A stretch of DNA of 64,000 nucleotides from Trichoplax sp. H2 (GCA_003344405.1 NOWV01000003.1:1426001-1490000); one strand, 5' to 3'. Counted from the first letter of the stretch, positions 1 through 14,783 are shown. The notes: generated from the sequence alone by a model not told the origin. Made by a program: numbers and translations.

Positions 1-365
1 ATCTTAAGATAGAAATAAGTATACCGATCCAATTGTTTCCTTTCGTTTCCAGTAAGAAGGTATAGACAAATATCTGATCGGTACTTACGATTGTGAGAAA
101 ACGAATAAATGAGAGAAGTAATCCTTCATTAATCCATTAATTAACTCACTAGTGTAGTGGTCCTCGGAATGGCCAATCGCATCGATAGACATAACTCATC
201 ATGCCTACAGTACAGTTAAGGTACAGTATTGCACTTTGACTTCAACATGAGACCATACACTACCTGTAGACTGGATTTTACTATCTCGGTATCAAGTGGT
301 CCGTCCGTCTCGGTATCAAGTGGACTGTTACGGTACGGTAACCGGTACTCAAGCTATAGACCATC

Positions 366-467
366 ATGTGCAAAACGAGTTGTCATGCCGTTAACCCATT
401 ACCATGGTTACAGATAGGAAGTATTATACAGAGTAGATTGTTAACCATGACAACTCATTTTACACAT
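366..467. repeat. Imperfect inverted repeat (about 28-bp arms, about 45-nt spacer), MITE-like or hairpin
   Basis: ATGTGCAAAACGAGTTGTCATG(CC)GTTAAC at 366-395 pairs with GTTAACCATGACAACTCATTTTACACAT at 440-467. Confidence 0.7.
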
Positions 468-761
468 TTACTTTCTCTTTGACTATCGGACAGATTCACT
501 CCATTGCTTATGTTGTAGGTTTTTATAGATCTTATATAGTGTTCGGACTACAATACGCTACACTACCCTGTCCACTTGTCCTTCCTTGTTGGCTATTTGA
601 CGGTAAATACTTTTAGCCATATTTTGAACCCTTCTTCTTGCCTTGTCGTGAGTCAATGTAGACTGCTAATATGAACTAGAAAATCCATGTTAACTCCTTT
701 CCCCTATGCTTGAAATAACTCATTTCAATCCATTGGCTAAGTAACGTTGTTATGCTATATT

Positions 762-3700
762 ATGTCTTATTTCGTTGCCGGTCTGCAATCGTTATTCGAG
801 CGAATTCCTCAATTCATCCAGACGATCAGCGCTCAAGTCTCCATTCCCAGAACTGATGTTGTCTTTCAATGGAATGAACCATGTCGAGTTGGCCGAGAAG
901 TAACTTTCTCAGTCCTTGTAAGTTGATCACTTCTACATGAGTCCATTTTAGTGGTGACTGTTTTCTCCTACATGGTCTATATAGACTAATAGAACGTTAT
1001 GCTTGGCTTGATCTTGTACTACAATGACGATATTATTTTCATATAAGGGCATATTCAACTCTTGTGGCCATACCTTAACTACTATTGTATATCTAGGTCT
1101 AGTTCTACCATCATCATAAAATGCCCGATAGGTATAATCATGTCATCAGGGACTACTAGGATTTTCTTCCAGTCCCTGATCTAACTTTCGACCTGTAGGA
1201 TAACTAAAATTCCCCGCGTTATCCATCCTAATTCAGAATTGAATGTAACAGCTGGTCGATGAGAAGAAGGAGAATGGAACTAGATTGGAAAATATTTGTT
1301 GTCATTGAAAATGTGCATTTACAGTGAATGTATTACAAGATTAGATAATTTAAAACAGACTGATTGCTTCAAGTTTGGTATACAGTCGAATACTTTAGCA
1401 TCTTTTCCAAGTATAGCACTATAATATTCATCTATAAGAATTTTAATGACGTGGTAATAATGTGTAGCTAATGCTCTTAGAAAGCAAGAATAGATCATAC
1501 GTATGTATGACAGTGGTAAACAAATCCCACTGTCCAGTACGTTGTAATACTGCAAATGGTGTTGAGAAAGATGTACTAATCATGGAGTTATTGATAAAAA
1601 TGATACTGACTCAACGACTACTAAAAAAGTCCCTGATTGAATGTAGCATCAAATGGGAGACTGTAGGCATTCAAGAATTCTATCATAATTAATATAGATG
1701 AGTACAAAGGATATTCCATGGATTATGAAGTCATTATGTAATCCTTGGATATATAAGACACGATGAAAATTTCAATCTTAAATGCTATATCGGTTAAGAC
1801 AGTAATTGAAAAAGTTATACGCGTACAAAACCAGTTAATTTATAGTACATCTCGATAGTGAAGGGAATAAGAAATACAGACATGAAATTAATTTATTGTC
1901 ATAACTATAAGTATTTCCTTGCAAAACAATACGAGTAGCCATTATGAACTGTCTTATACTATATTGTACGAGTTAGCGTTAATAATCATTAGATCAAAAA
2001 ACGATCAGTTTATCAACATTTTCATCGACCAACTTAAGTTTACTTTTAATTTCAAGCTAATCAAACTGAGTCTAATGCTATAGTAACAAGTACGGTATGG
2101 CCTAAGTGACAGAGAATCTTTGTATAGTATACAAGAAAATAAGATTGAATCGATTCATTTGCATTTCAAGTTTACTCATTCAACATTAGGCCTAAATTTT
2201 AATCTACTTCCTGGTAATAGAACAATACTGCAGTATTCTTCCCTGATTGATATAATTAAATAATGAATTTATATTATTGTAAATCAGAACAGTTACCCTG
2301 TATTATGCGAAAAATTGTAACGAAATTTCATAATTCTACTGTTTAGTGTTTCGTAATATAATAATACGATTGCTTTTCTCTCAGTAAGCACACAACAGAT
2401 AATAATCACCTCCTTGTTTATTATATAATTAAGAATGAAAACTTCATCTTGTTGATTGAATAGAGCCATCGCAATCAGTATGGTGAATTGATCGATAGTG
2501 ATCAGATCCTGATCGAAATCCACGTTGGTGGTATAGCTGTGCCTTTCACGGTTGAGATATTCGAAAATCCGAGAAATTTAGTTCATTTGGTGCGATTTGT
2601 TGCTCATCGTTCGGGTTCTTATACAGTTTCGATTATGCGTAGTGGTCAACACATTAGAGGAAGTCCATTTATTAAAATTTTCGATGCAGGTAAAATTAAT
2701 ATATCGATTTTAATTAATAATTAGGTTTAAAAGTTATGTTAATACCTGCGATAAGTTATACTTTATTGAGAAGGCTAAGAAGTTTTTGTTATTAATGTTA
2801 CAGTTGAATTTCATTTGAAGATAGTTATGGATAATTGCGTTAATAGCCTACAGAGTATTGTACTGTAGATTCATTTATCATACAGTAGAAGGGTATTTCT
2901 GTCTTAAAATTACGTAGAATCTACTCATCTTGTAACACTATGTAATCTCATGATTTTATTGTATAATATTTATACTAATACGATAAATAGGTTAAGTAAT
3001 GCTTACATTTTATTGAAACTAACCGTAAATGGCACTACTTTACGCTCAGAGGATAGAAAGTAGCCCTTGGTTAATTTATTAATATAACTAGATAACATTA
3101 CATTCTACCATTGGCCGGAAATTTTACTTCCTACATAAGCTTTTCACTATCATTCTTTGACCTGCTCATTGCTGAAACTCTACTATTAATTGATTTAATG
3201 AACATTATATGAATAAATAAGATGTAATTGTTAATCACCATGAATAGGCCCAGTTGACCCTCTGAAGACTGCTTTTGCCAACTACACCTCAACAGTTGTG
3301 GTAACAAATAATATCTATCACTCATTGGACGTGATTGCTAAAGATAAATATGGAAATGTTTGCTCACCGAAACAATTAGATAAATCTTTATTTAATTTAC
3401 GCGTGAATAAGGTTGGTTATAATTCAGTTGTAAATCATGGCTGTTTTACTTGATTGATAGCAAATCGATATGTGAACTCATACTTTCCATAGTATTTATC
3501 ATTTACAGTACTGAAAAGGTGAATTTAAAAATTGAACAGTTTATGCAAGTCCGATTTCAATCTGCATCATGGCATGGTTAGACTACTTATTAATTAATTA
3601 TAATTACTAATAAATCCATATTATAGTTGGATGCGAAGAAAACATCCCATAATGCTGAATTGGTAGTAGTTAGTGGCGATACGGCAGACGGTAATTCGAC

Positions 3701-6700
3701 AATGTTACTTAAAATTTCCGAGCCTGGGTGCTTTCGTGCCATCGCCACATATAACAACATTAAATTAAAAAACGGCGAAATAATTATAATCTCGCTAACA
3801 GGTAATTTTACCTTGATCTTAAATAATTGAATAATTGACTACGTAGTACTAAGTCTAACGTGCTAAAATTACAATGTCTTCCATTGTGCACCCTTACGTA
3901 CGATTTTTTCTTGGACTGTGCAAATGACAGACCTGGTTTGCAGATAGAAAATATTAATATTAATAAAATATTATTTTCAGAGTCGGAAGCATCGGAAGTT
4001 GATAGAATCATCAAAAGTAATGATACCAACTTATCTTATCAAATTAAATACTTTTCCAGTAACGTTTTCGATAAAGCGAGATCGGCATATAGCTATATAT
4101 CACCGCGGGTAAATACTGTACAGTACGCTATTCCTTTTAATCTAATTTCGTTACAATTTTAGTAATGACAGATAACAATTGTTTCAACTTAGCATATAAA
4201 ATAGTATATAAATTGATTTAGCGATCTCATTTACCTTAGCAACTGACTATAAAGGAATTCTATCTGAAGTTTATCCCAAGAACTATCTGTAACTTTCGCA
4301 TTCGACCTCATACGAAGGTACAGTGTAATATATTTTTAAATATGCCCTCACAGATACACAACACTTTCAGTTCTATTTTTACAGCAAATTATATGAAAAT
4401 AAAAGGAATGTTTTTGCTCTTTGTTACAGTTTTCTTACAGTGGTTCCCATAGCTGTGATCCTCACATACTTACGATTAGTGATGGGCTACAACCTCCTGT
4501 TACTATATGGTGTGAAAAGCGAAATATTTTAGTAGCAATTTTTAATAGATATCTACAAAGAAGCCTTGGTAAGGGATCATATCGGTTATTTTAACGGCAT
4601 TATTATAATAAAAGTAAACACAAAATATTGGTAAAATCTTTAACTATTTTATACTTTCATTCGTAAAGGAGGATCGGAAAGCTTTCAGCACAAAAGATCA
4701 TTTTTTTATCAAGAAGTTCGAAAAGTGCATGCTTCTCATCCTTCTCGCGCTTTTACGAAGCTACGCATTACTAATCTTAATCGAAAGAAGATTTTAAAGA
4801 GCGTAAGTAAAGAAAAATGCATTACTTTATTTTACACACGATAAGGTTAATCTGTCTGGCATTATAATGCATCGGAGTGTATTGGAAAGGCTACGAATTA
4901 TACATCTCTTGCGATGTATTGTTATCCTCAATAATACAGTTGCGATATATTGATGAAGTCTCCTTCTCATGATGATTCAGTTTATGAGCAAAACTGCAAG
5001 ATTCGATGTTTCCGATTGGTGTCATAACTTTGAAGTTAGTTTTGAATTAGAAGAAGCTCTTGATTGGGGAGGTGTAAGACGAGAACTGTTCGAAATTCTA
5101 AATACGGAGCTATTTACACCTTCTGAGAATGGCTTATTTACAACATTCGATATTGAAAATAAACAAGCATTGGTAAGTAATGTAGCTTGTTGTAATACTA
5201 CATGCAAGCAGGCTACTTCAAGGTGTTAATCAGCGCGAATATACATGCATTTACTTCATCGACTTTAAGATTCATCCGAATACAAAAAGAGCGGATTCTT
5301 ACCCACTGTCCTTCTACGAGCTGTGCGGAAAAATTGTGGGTAAATGCTTATATGATTCAGCTCAGGGTGAAGCTTATCACTTGTTGGTTAAAGCAAGATT
5401 CAGTAGATCTTTTTTAGCGCAGATGCTAGGATTGAGAGTTAGCTACGATGTAAGTAATACTCTACTAAGATTTAATAAATAAAATTTTGAACGTATGCTC
5501 TGTATAGATAGTAATCAAAATAAATATTTATAACGTTGATAACTTTTTAATTGAAGCTTTTATAATAATTTGAATGACTAGTACTTCTCGAGTGATGATC
5601 CGGAACTATATAAAACGAAAATAAAATATATCTTAGATAATGATGTAACGGAATTAAACCTGACATTTGCAGAAGAAGAATATAGTAGTTCTGGTAATGT
5701 TGTTAAGGTAAATGAATTGTTGAAATTGCACTATGTATCAATTTTTTCTGACTGGAAAAGTCTTTGTAATTAGTACTCTAATTACAACTTGTTACTACGT
5801 AGGTAGTAGATTTAAAATCCAATGGGCGATTTATTACGGTTACTGAAGAAAATAAAATCGAATACCTAAATCTCTTATCGCAACACAGACTTGCAAAAAA
5901 ATTTACTAGCGAGATGGATCACTTTTTGAAAGGTGGACAATAGTTGTGAATTACTTTAAAAATTGCATGTGCGGTAACCTTGACAAAGGTATGTTGTTAT
6001 ATACTATATTAGGCGTTCACATGTTGATCCCAGAAAATTTACTGGCAATATTTGATGAAAGCGAGCTAGAGGTGATTACAGAGATTGCTCTTAATATAGT
6101 ATAGCTTTATCATTTGTAAAGTGAATAAAACTAGACATCCAAAAATTAATTAAATTCTACGTTGCTGATATGTGATATAGTTACTATCCTATTAAATGTA
6201 GACTATCGCGTTAATTATAAATTAACATTACTTTATTCTTTCATAGCTTCTGATGTGCGGAATAGGGAATATAAGTATTAGCGATATGAAATTAAACTGC
6301 ATCGCTACCGATTCTTCACGTTCTTTTGGGAAGGTAAATTTTGCGTAATGGAGCTATTAGATCTGCACGAGATAATCGTACGCTGATATGACTCTAATTT
6401 TTTTTCTCCTTTCATGTTAGATTCTCAGATGGTTTTGGGCTATTGTAGGTACATTCTCGCAAGAAGAGCTAGCTCGATTACTGCAATTTGTTACTGGCTC
6501 ATCGCAACTTCCGCCTGGAGGATTTAAGGAACTTAGACCGAGTCTTCAAATATCCCCTGCTCTTGTTCAAAACGGCTTACCGACATCTCATACTTGGTAT
6601 TGTAAATTTATATCTTGTCATTATTATTTTATATCACTTTAATAATATAATATAGTTCTAAATTATTCCTACCTCTTTTATGCTATAGTTTTAATCAGTT

Positions 6701-6791
6701 ATGCCTACCGGAGTACGACTCATCTGCAGAGCTTAAGAGATGCCTCATCTTGGCTATAAATGAGGGATCGGAAGGCTTCGGACTTGTATAG
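762..6791 (+). CDS. AREL1: Apoptosis-resistant E3 ubiquitin ligase 1 (filamin/Ig-like repeat plus HECT domain), multi-exon
   Basis: Exon 762-917 MSYFVAG...VVFQWNEPCRVGREVTFSVL; exon 2464-2689 filamin-like (SGSYTVSIMRSGQHIRGSPFIKIF); HECT motifs EEALDWGGVRRELF, LLQFVTGSSQLPPGGF, catalytic TSHTC/FN split by an intron; ends EGSEGFGLV* (TAG 6789-6791). GT-AG junctions are phase-consistent where checked. Start codon tentative. Confidence 0.9.
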
Positions 6792-7754
6792 AATAAAAAT
6801 CGAATTAGTACTATCTTTCGAAATACAGCACTGTATACAAACAATTGAACAAAATATTGAGCTAATTTGCTTTATATAATATTTTACAACTTCAAGCAGT
6901 TGTACATTAGTTGAAACATATTTTTGCCAGACAAAACTTTTACTTGCACTTTTTCGATCATTAAAAATGCACAAACTATTAAAGTTGTGCTCTGATTAAC
7001 TTTAGATGCACTTATATTGTATTATTGGAACGTTTTTGTATTAGCATTTGACAGGTTAAGGTTGCAATGGTGAAACCAATGTTCGATTTTATGAAAATGA
7101 GTATTAATAATTTGTAAAATTATTTATATTTATTGAATTTTTCATATGCACCTAAAGCATGTACTTGGATCTGGCTTTAATAATTTTATTTGCGTTCTAA
7201 CTTTTACTACGAATTTATAATATTATAATCTACAGTTTAACTTGCTTGCTCATTTTGATGTGATGAATGATTGATTACTTTGATATTAGTTGGAATATAT
7301 TAGACAGATACAATAAAATAATTGACTTTTCTGAAAACTTTTATTCGTCGATAATGAATTCAATTTCTTACAAGCTGTCTAAGTCTTCTTGGTTAAATAT
7401 TTACACTGCTGCTAAGACACTAAGCAGATTTTTTCATGTTTAATAAGTAATCAGTGCACAATACTCTTAGGTGATTAGTTTCAATTATATTTTTATTCCT
7501 GGATTTTAGAATCCACGAACGATTTTGATCTAATTTTACTTGTAATTATAGTAAGTGCAGTGAAATGTATATTTAATAGTGCGAATAGACTGCTTGTACT
7601 ACTATTCTTTTTACAGAATATGCTCTTAATTTTTATATACTGAAAAATATCTTACATATTTACAAGAGATGCGCAGTTGTTGGCATCTGCATTGTACATT
7701 ATGAAATATATAATTAATCCTAAAGTAGTAAAGCCACGGATAAGTCAATACAGA

Positions 7755-10428
7755 CTAATTTTCTTTGAGCACGAGACAATTATCTAAGTGCTCATTAATT
7801 ATTGAATGCCGAATATCTGTTCGGTGACAAATCGGACACGTAACATAACGAAGTTCATCCGCCACTGAATCCATTGAGAGTGGTTTACGTTCTTGCGAAC
7901 TTTCTCCATCTCTGATTTTTGATTTTTCCCTTATAAATAATATTTCATCATCACTGTCTGTAAAATTGCCTTGATAGCGACTGTTATCTTTCTGTGTTGT
8001 AGGTTCGCTTTCTGGGTTGGATTCGAGAGACGTATCTAAGAGACTTATAATTTGCAGCTTACTCGAGCTATTAATATTATGGATTGTATCTGCTGAATCG
8101 CACACATTTACAGGATTTTCTTTAATTTTACTAAGTTGTCTTGGATTAGTGATTTGAGACTTTTCATAAACAGCAAATTTATTGATGCAATCATTAGTTA
8201 CTCCTTCACTTATTTGATGAGTTCGGTGAGTAGTTGCAGCAGAGTGTTGACTTAAGGCTGGAAATCGGTAATTGGCGGTACTAGATTTATCATCGTTTGA
8301 TCCTAATACATAACCTTTTCCAGAGAATGGAATAGTTGCATATGAAATACTGCTGTTTTGATTATCGTTATCGACTGACTTTTCGCTATTGATGCTACGT
8401 GAACCATCGCTAATACTGGTACCTTGAGCACGATCGATGTTATCATTCACTTTTTTAGCATGATGGAAATCAGTTATTTTGGTTTGATTATCATTGTCCT
8501 TATCCAATTTTTTCCTTTTTTTGCCTTTTTCTCCGTAGCCTTCAGGCTCCTTGACTTTTATAAATGTACCACCGCAGCTTTGTTGATGATCGCTCCACCA
8601 AGGGTCGTTCTTGGATGGAGCTCTATTCATAGCTCTTTTTACGTAACCAAAAAATGGCGAACGATCCTTACAAGGCCCATTACATCGCCACCAGTGTTGT
8701 CTGTAGACATTAACCTAATCATAAATAAGATATTACTCTGATCTACTGTATTTTCCAATTAAAGATATGCAACCATCGTATGAAATAAAGTTAATAAATA
8801 TCTTTGCCTGCGTAAACAGATTGTCAATGCATACTGATACAGATCATTATTAAATTAGGGTACAAAGAATTAACTAATGAACTATCCTGCAGTACATCGT
8901 AGGCAATATTTGTCTACAATTGCAATACAAAAGGCGCTTACATCCTATAGCATTGCTATTTTTGACATACAGTATAGTATACAGAAGTTGACTAAAATCA
9001 ACCGAATTTTACCTCATCGTGAAAGTTGTGATAAACCTAAGCAGGGCAATGCAAATTAAATTGCAGAAAAAGAAAAATTATAATTATAAATTAGATCAGG
9101 CAAGAAAAGAATCTGTTACAGTGATAGGTTACTCCGTAAAGTATGTCAATCCGTAAGTTCAATTATGCAAATTCAACAACACGAACTGTTATATTAGCTC
9201 CAGTAGCACTATTGATCCTATGCATGTGTTCCAAGAAGCATGGTCCATGAGCATCGTGATCCTAATAGAATAAATTATGATAGAGAAATACGAGTACGTT
9301 ATTCTATCCTAGGTTAAATGATACCGACAATATACGTATGCGTATGCTCGCAAATGGCAAGATAGAAGTTATGCATATTACCCTATTATCATGTATCACG
9401 AAGAGGTAAGCATGGATCATTTCATGCTAAAATTTTGAAAAAATAACATAAGAGGTTATGGAATCATGTATTATTTAGCACTAATAAAATCGCTGGATCA
9501 TTTATTAGTTCTATATGATGTCTTGCTACAGCACATTACAGCTGACGTTTATAGTCGACAGCATTGAAAAAATTGTAAGACTCCCCAAAATTGATATTGC
9601 CCATAAGATCAAGTGCTGTAACTTGTAGAATACTTGTATATTCTTTACAGATGATAGTATAGAGTATAATGTAGTTCTAATTACTTGCAAAGGTTCTAAG
9701 CGTAACCATTTCATGCTTCAATGCAGTGACAGATTGATAGTATTACGCGTCCAACATAAGTAAATTACCGGTTATTAACGTTGTATTATCATCATGGCTG
9801 CAAAGAAAATCATTGGTAAAGTTCCATACTTACAGTATGCGATCTTTACTTACCAAGAGCGTTTGTACAAGATCTCGTCTTGGTCGAAATTTCAGTAATG
9901 GTTGGCTTAAACGGATTGAGCAATAGCCAGCTTTTTTCTGATAGATACATAGTCCGGCACACCTTGATAAATCATCGAAGAAAATTGCTATAAACCTCAT
10001 TGATTATCATTAAAAGTCAACTAGTGCTTGTGTCATGTCAACATCTGCATAGCGACCAAGGACAATATACGCATACTGTATCAAATGTTTGACACCTTTC
10101 TATTTCAATCACGCTACAATTTATTATTGAATACTGAAATAAGTTAGGATAAGAACTTGTAAAATAACGATAATATACAGAGAATTACTTACAAAGTCAT
10201 CTTTGGGCTCCATCGGACTTCGACACTTAATAGCTTACCCCAAAAATATGACTGATTATACTGGAGAAATAGCGCTCGAATATCCGGATTGGGATCGTTA
10301 ATCTCCCAATAATCATCGACTATTGAAACAGTTGGATCTTTACTATTCTTACTTTCTGGTGAATCTTGCTTGCTAAGGGCTACAGCTAGAGCAAAATCAT
10401 TATCTTCACACCAATCAGTTTGATCCAT
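7755..10428 (-). CDS. SPRTN: SprT-like DNA-dependent metalloprotease Spartan/DVC1, multi-exon
   Basis: DPNPDIRALFLQYN, EVRWSPKMTLCAGLC, SIRLSQPLLK, HEMIHAYLF (HExxH), HWWRCNGPC Zn-binding subdomain, SHP box PFSGKGYVLG, C-terminal UBZ CPIC...INEHLDNCL. Includes a 24-nt exon at 9013-9036. Confidence 0.95.
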
Positions 10429-10870
10429 GCTGTCGCCATAAGAGCTGATGATCCAGAAGTCGGGAACCAGTATAGACTTGTTACTCGATGGCGAACAACA
10501 ACGGTAGTACAGTACTTTCTAGAGGCTTTCTAGAGCACGACTACTATACGTAAAGTATAGTTAGTATGCAGTATTGTCCAGTTTATTGACAAATTATTAT
10601 GTACACAGTAGTATAGTAATTCCAGAATGGCCAACCTGCTTACCATACACTATAGTAATAATTAATATGATGAATTTTATGTTTTGCGACGTTTAAATCA
10701 ATGCTTTTGCTCATGCTATACTGTACTACTATGTCAGGATATCTGCTGATAGAAATTAACTTGTGGACGAATAACGCAAATCTACAGTAGATGCCCCCCC
10801 CCCGTTCTGTACTGTAAATAGAAAGGATAGCAAGCTTTGACCCCGATGCAGTAACAGCAACCTTGCAATC

Positions 10871-13600
10871 ATGGCCTTACCCGAAGTTATTTGCGTGCGT
10901 GATGTGGAAAAATATGCAATAGCCCACCTAAATAAAAATGCATTGGGTTACTATGATTCCGGAGCAGATGATGAGGAAACCTTAAATGATAACATCAATG
11001 CCTGTAAGAAGTTAGTACCGGTATTACATGATGCGTTGATTGGCGCACGAAGATACAGTAGTTGATTGGATTTTTAGTGGTTGATCAGTGAGTGATTCAT
11101 GACTAAATTGCAGCATTTAGCAGTTCATGAGTATGGCAGATCTTAACCGTTGCTGCATGGCAATCGGGTATTTTTCTCCCATGCTAATCTTTCGTACTAG
11201 ATAGTAAATACTGTAATAGTGTAGCTAGATATCATACAATTTTGCTAGCTACGAGATAGCCTAGACCTGCAAATAACTGTTATCATCATTTTGACTTTTT
11301 TGCCTTCATGATTAAGACTACGGTTGAGACCGCGTATGCTGGTTGATGTAACTAAAGTCGACTGCAGTACGACAATCCTTGGTCAGAAAATTTCTTTTCC
11401 TGTAGGAATAGCACCTTCTGCGATGCAACGAATGGCTCATCCTGATGGAGAAATTGCTACTGTCAAAGGTAAGATTGTATTTAGACCTGATTTACATTTA
11501 TAATGAATCATTAGTGTAATTCATAATCGCATAATCAGCAACGTGGCCGGTATACAGTAAATGCTAGTAATAATGTTATATTGTAATATTGTATATAGTA
11601 ATAGTCATCGCTTGGGCACCTTCATTGAGGTATTTAATAGATGAGTCCCATTTTACTTTGCTTACTTTTAGTATCACCATGTTACGTTCTGTCCGTGCAA
11701 AATCATCTTGCTAGTATTGATAATAATAATAAGCATCGTTTTGGGCATTTACTTTGGTGTTTAATTGATGAGTCCCCATTTTAGTTTGCGTACCTTTCTT
11801 TTAGTAGTCCCTAGTATACAGTATACGCTAGTCTAATTTGCACACTAGTATTTAAAATCAATCAAGATCAGACACTTTGTGAATGGCAAGTTAACATAAT
11901 ACTTAAAAAGTTGCTAATCTATGTATTATGAACTCCATATAACTATACAAAACAGCTGCTGATTCTTTGAAGACTTGTATGACTCTAAGTACACTAAGTA
12001 CAACTAGTATGGAAAGCGTTGCAGAAGCTTCACCAAATACCTTGCGATGGTTTCAGTTATATGTGGTAAAGGACCGCGAGATAACGCGGCAATTTGTTAA
12101 AAGGGCTGAAAAGTCTGGGTATAAAGCGTTAGTATTAACGGTTGATGCACCAGTTTTAGGAAACAGAAGGATAGATGTTAGGAATAGGTCAGTTAAATAT
12201 CTAGCAGTGTAGATATTAGATACGTATATCAAATTTTTCTTATCTTTACATCATTGATACAGTACTAGTAAACACACAAATTAAGCCAATTGACATTTCT
12301 AGATTTCACCTACCTCCGCATCTCTCGCTTGGTAATTTTGAGAAAGTAACCTTGCATATAGAAAAAAACAAGAAAAGCGACTCTGAATTATCGCGATATT
12401 TTGTATCGGAAATGGATGCATCATTAACATGGAAAGATATCACTTGGCTAAAGTCAATTACCTCGCTTCCAGTTATCGTAAAAGGTATTTTAACTGCTGA
12501 AGATGCTGAAATGGCAGTCAGCGTTGGCGTCGAAGGTATTTGGGTATCAAATCATGGAGGAAGACAATTGGATGGAGTGCCAACTGCTGTAAGTATTGTG
12601 ATATCATAGATATTATACTATAGATATATTTTACTTTTCAGTTATCATTACCATGATTATTTTGTAATGTAGTTATCTCTAATGCAGATATTCAAAAATT
12701 TTTAAATACGCTAGATTGAAGCCTTGCCAGAAATTGTCAAAGCGGTAAATAATAGAGCAGAAATCTATGCAGATGGAGGTTTTCGTTCTGGTACGGATGT
12801 ATTTAAAGCCATCGCACTTGGAGCCCGAGCTGTATTTGTTGGCAGGCCGATACTATGGGGACTCGTTTACAATGTATGCTTAACTTTAGTGCGAAGCTAA
12901 TTTTACTTTATTGCATGCAAGAATACACATTTTGTGCATCGTAGAATGTGCAATGTAATTTTCAGGATGAGCTTTGAAGTCATTTTCTTTGATTGCTTTT
13001 TGTCTTTAATATATTTATATTCTATACAGGGACAGAAAGGTGTTGAGAAAGTTTTGCAGCTATTACAACAAGAATTTCATCGAACGATGCAGTTATCTGG
13101 TAAGCCTATTTGCCTCAGTATACGTACTGTCACTTATTAATCTTATTAGTATGTAATATGGATTATCAAAGGATAACAATGATAGACATAGGCATAAATT
13201 AATTTATTACCTGTGTACTATTCTAATTACTCATATCATTTCCTTTTTGAAATGACTCTTGTAATTTACCGGCTAATTTGATGTTAGCTTGGGTGTAAAA
13301 CTGATCTTTCGCTATTAGCTACCGCGTTTAGTCTAAAATTTGGCAAGACGATATGAATCTTGATCTAGTTGTTAGTAGTTGATCAAATGGTATCACTAAT
13401 TAGTAAATTATCCGTTACGGAGTTGTAGACCCACATTATTTAATATTGTAGTATCTTCATTCGCAATTTACGCTGTAAGCATGTGATATCGGTATATAAA
13501 AAATTAATATAATTTTATGTTATTACTTGCAGGTTGTGTTTCAATCAAGGATATTAAATCGTCATTGATAACCTATGCTTCAAGCTATAGTAAACTATGA
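10871..13600 (+). CDS. HAO1: Peroxisomal (S)-2-hydroxy-acid oxidase (glycolate oxidase type, FMN-dependent), multi-exon
   Basis: [89 protein letters not shown]; last exon ends ...YSKL* (PTS1, TGA 13598-13600). HAO1 versus HAO2 cannot be resolved by eye. Confidence 0.92.
11612..11810. repeat. Diverged direct duplication (about 65-70 bp) in HAO1 intron 2
   Basis: ttgggcaccttcattgaggtatttaatagatgagtcccattttactttgc versus ttgggcatttactttggtgtttaattgatgagtccccattttagtttgc. Confidence 0.6.
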
Positions 13601-14783
13601 TGGCAACTGTTACAATTATAATTACTCATTTGAACAGTTATACCGTCAACAGATTTCTTAGTTATAGGTATGGAATAACTGTCTAGAATGTTTTGTTGAA
13701 TTTTATGCCATTAGAGATTGATGATTAATTCAGTTATCTCTATAAAGCAATCAAGTATTGTATAATCTGCACCTAATGCCTATATTATAATTATCGTAAT
13801 TTTATGACCAGTTATGTTGATAAAAATTTAAAAATTTAAAGTTAGATGAATTTAGTATAAAAAGGATTGTCATCCAATATCTCGAATTCAATCAAGTTGT
13901 AAAATGCGCGAGGATTATTAGCAGGGTACAAGATTGTGTAAATAGCAATGCTGTTCTCCAATGAATCAAATCAACTTTTGCTAGAAGAATAGACTATTTA
14001 GATAGCATGCAGGGATTTCAATTTTTATATATAGAATCAAGGCAAAAAGTGAATATTCTACAAATGTTCAGTACAGTAGTAGAATTGCAAGCATAATTCA
14101 CGTCGTGTTGCTGATAGTAGCGATCTATGATTAGAGTGATGATTTAGCAATAGACTCGATAAATTACAGGTGAAAGACTCTGAAACGATAAGGTAATGTC
14201 ATATTTTATCCACATTTGTATAAAGAATTCTTTTGATCGTCAATACATATAAAATACGTCAAGTGATAATCTATACGATATCTCGCCCACAACCACGCTT
14301 ATTCTGCCAAACTTGATCAAATAAAATATGCCTAGCAGTAATATTTTCATATAATATATATATTATATAACTTAATTTAAGGATTGATCAATATAGATTC
14401 ATTAAGCAACATAATTGAAGGAGATGAATGATTCGTTCACAGAAATAGTGGTGTATCTACTGCATTATTTAAAAAAAATATCTCGTTTCTTGAGTATTTG
14501 TATAATACAGAGCATATCAGAATTACTATATTTTTATTACTACGCCTACATCAGAAGATGAATAACTATTTCTACCATCAAAATTCGAAAAGTTCCCCCA
14601 AGCGTTTATGCAATCTTGACGTAATATCTTACATCAGCAGTATTGCGAGTCATCGTTTATGTACTGTTTGTATGTGAATAAGGGAATATCTCGACGACAA
14701 CAGCACTGCAAGCTCCGGAAACATAATCATTTTGAGCTAGTTGATCAATGGGTTGTTCTCTGTTCCTTTTTTATGGATATCCT

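Noticed and set aside
1319..1692. Short ORFs in AREL1 intron 1
   Set aside because: No motifs and not needed for the AREL1 frame, since exon 762-917 joins 2464 in phase 0.
10515..10535. ctttctagag direct repeat resembling a heat-shock element near SPRTN
   Set aside because: Does not give three correctly phased nGAAn units.
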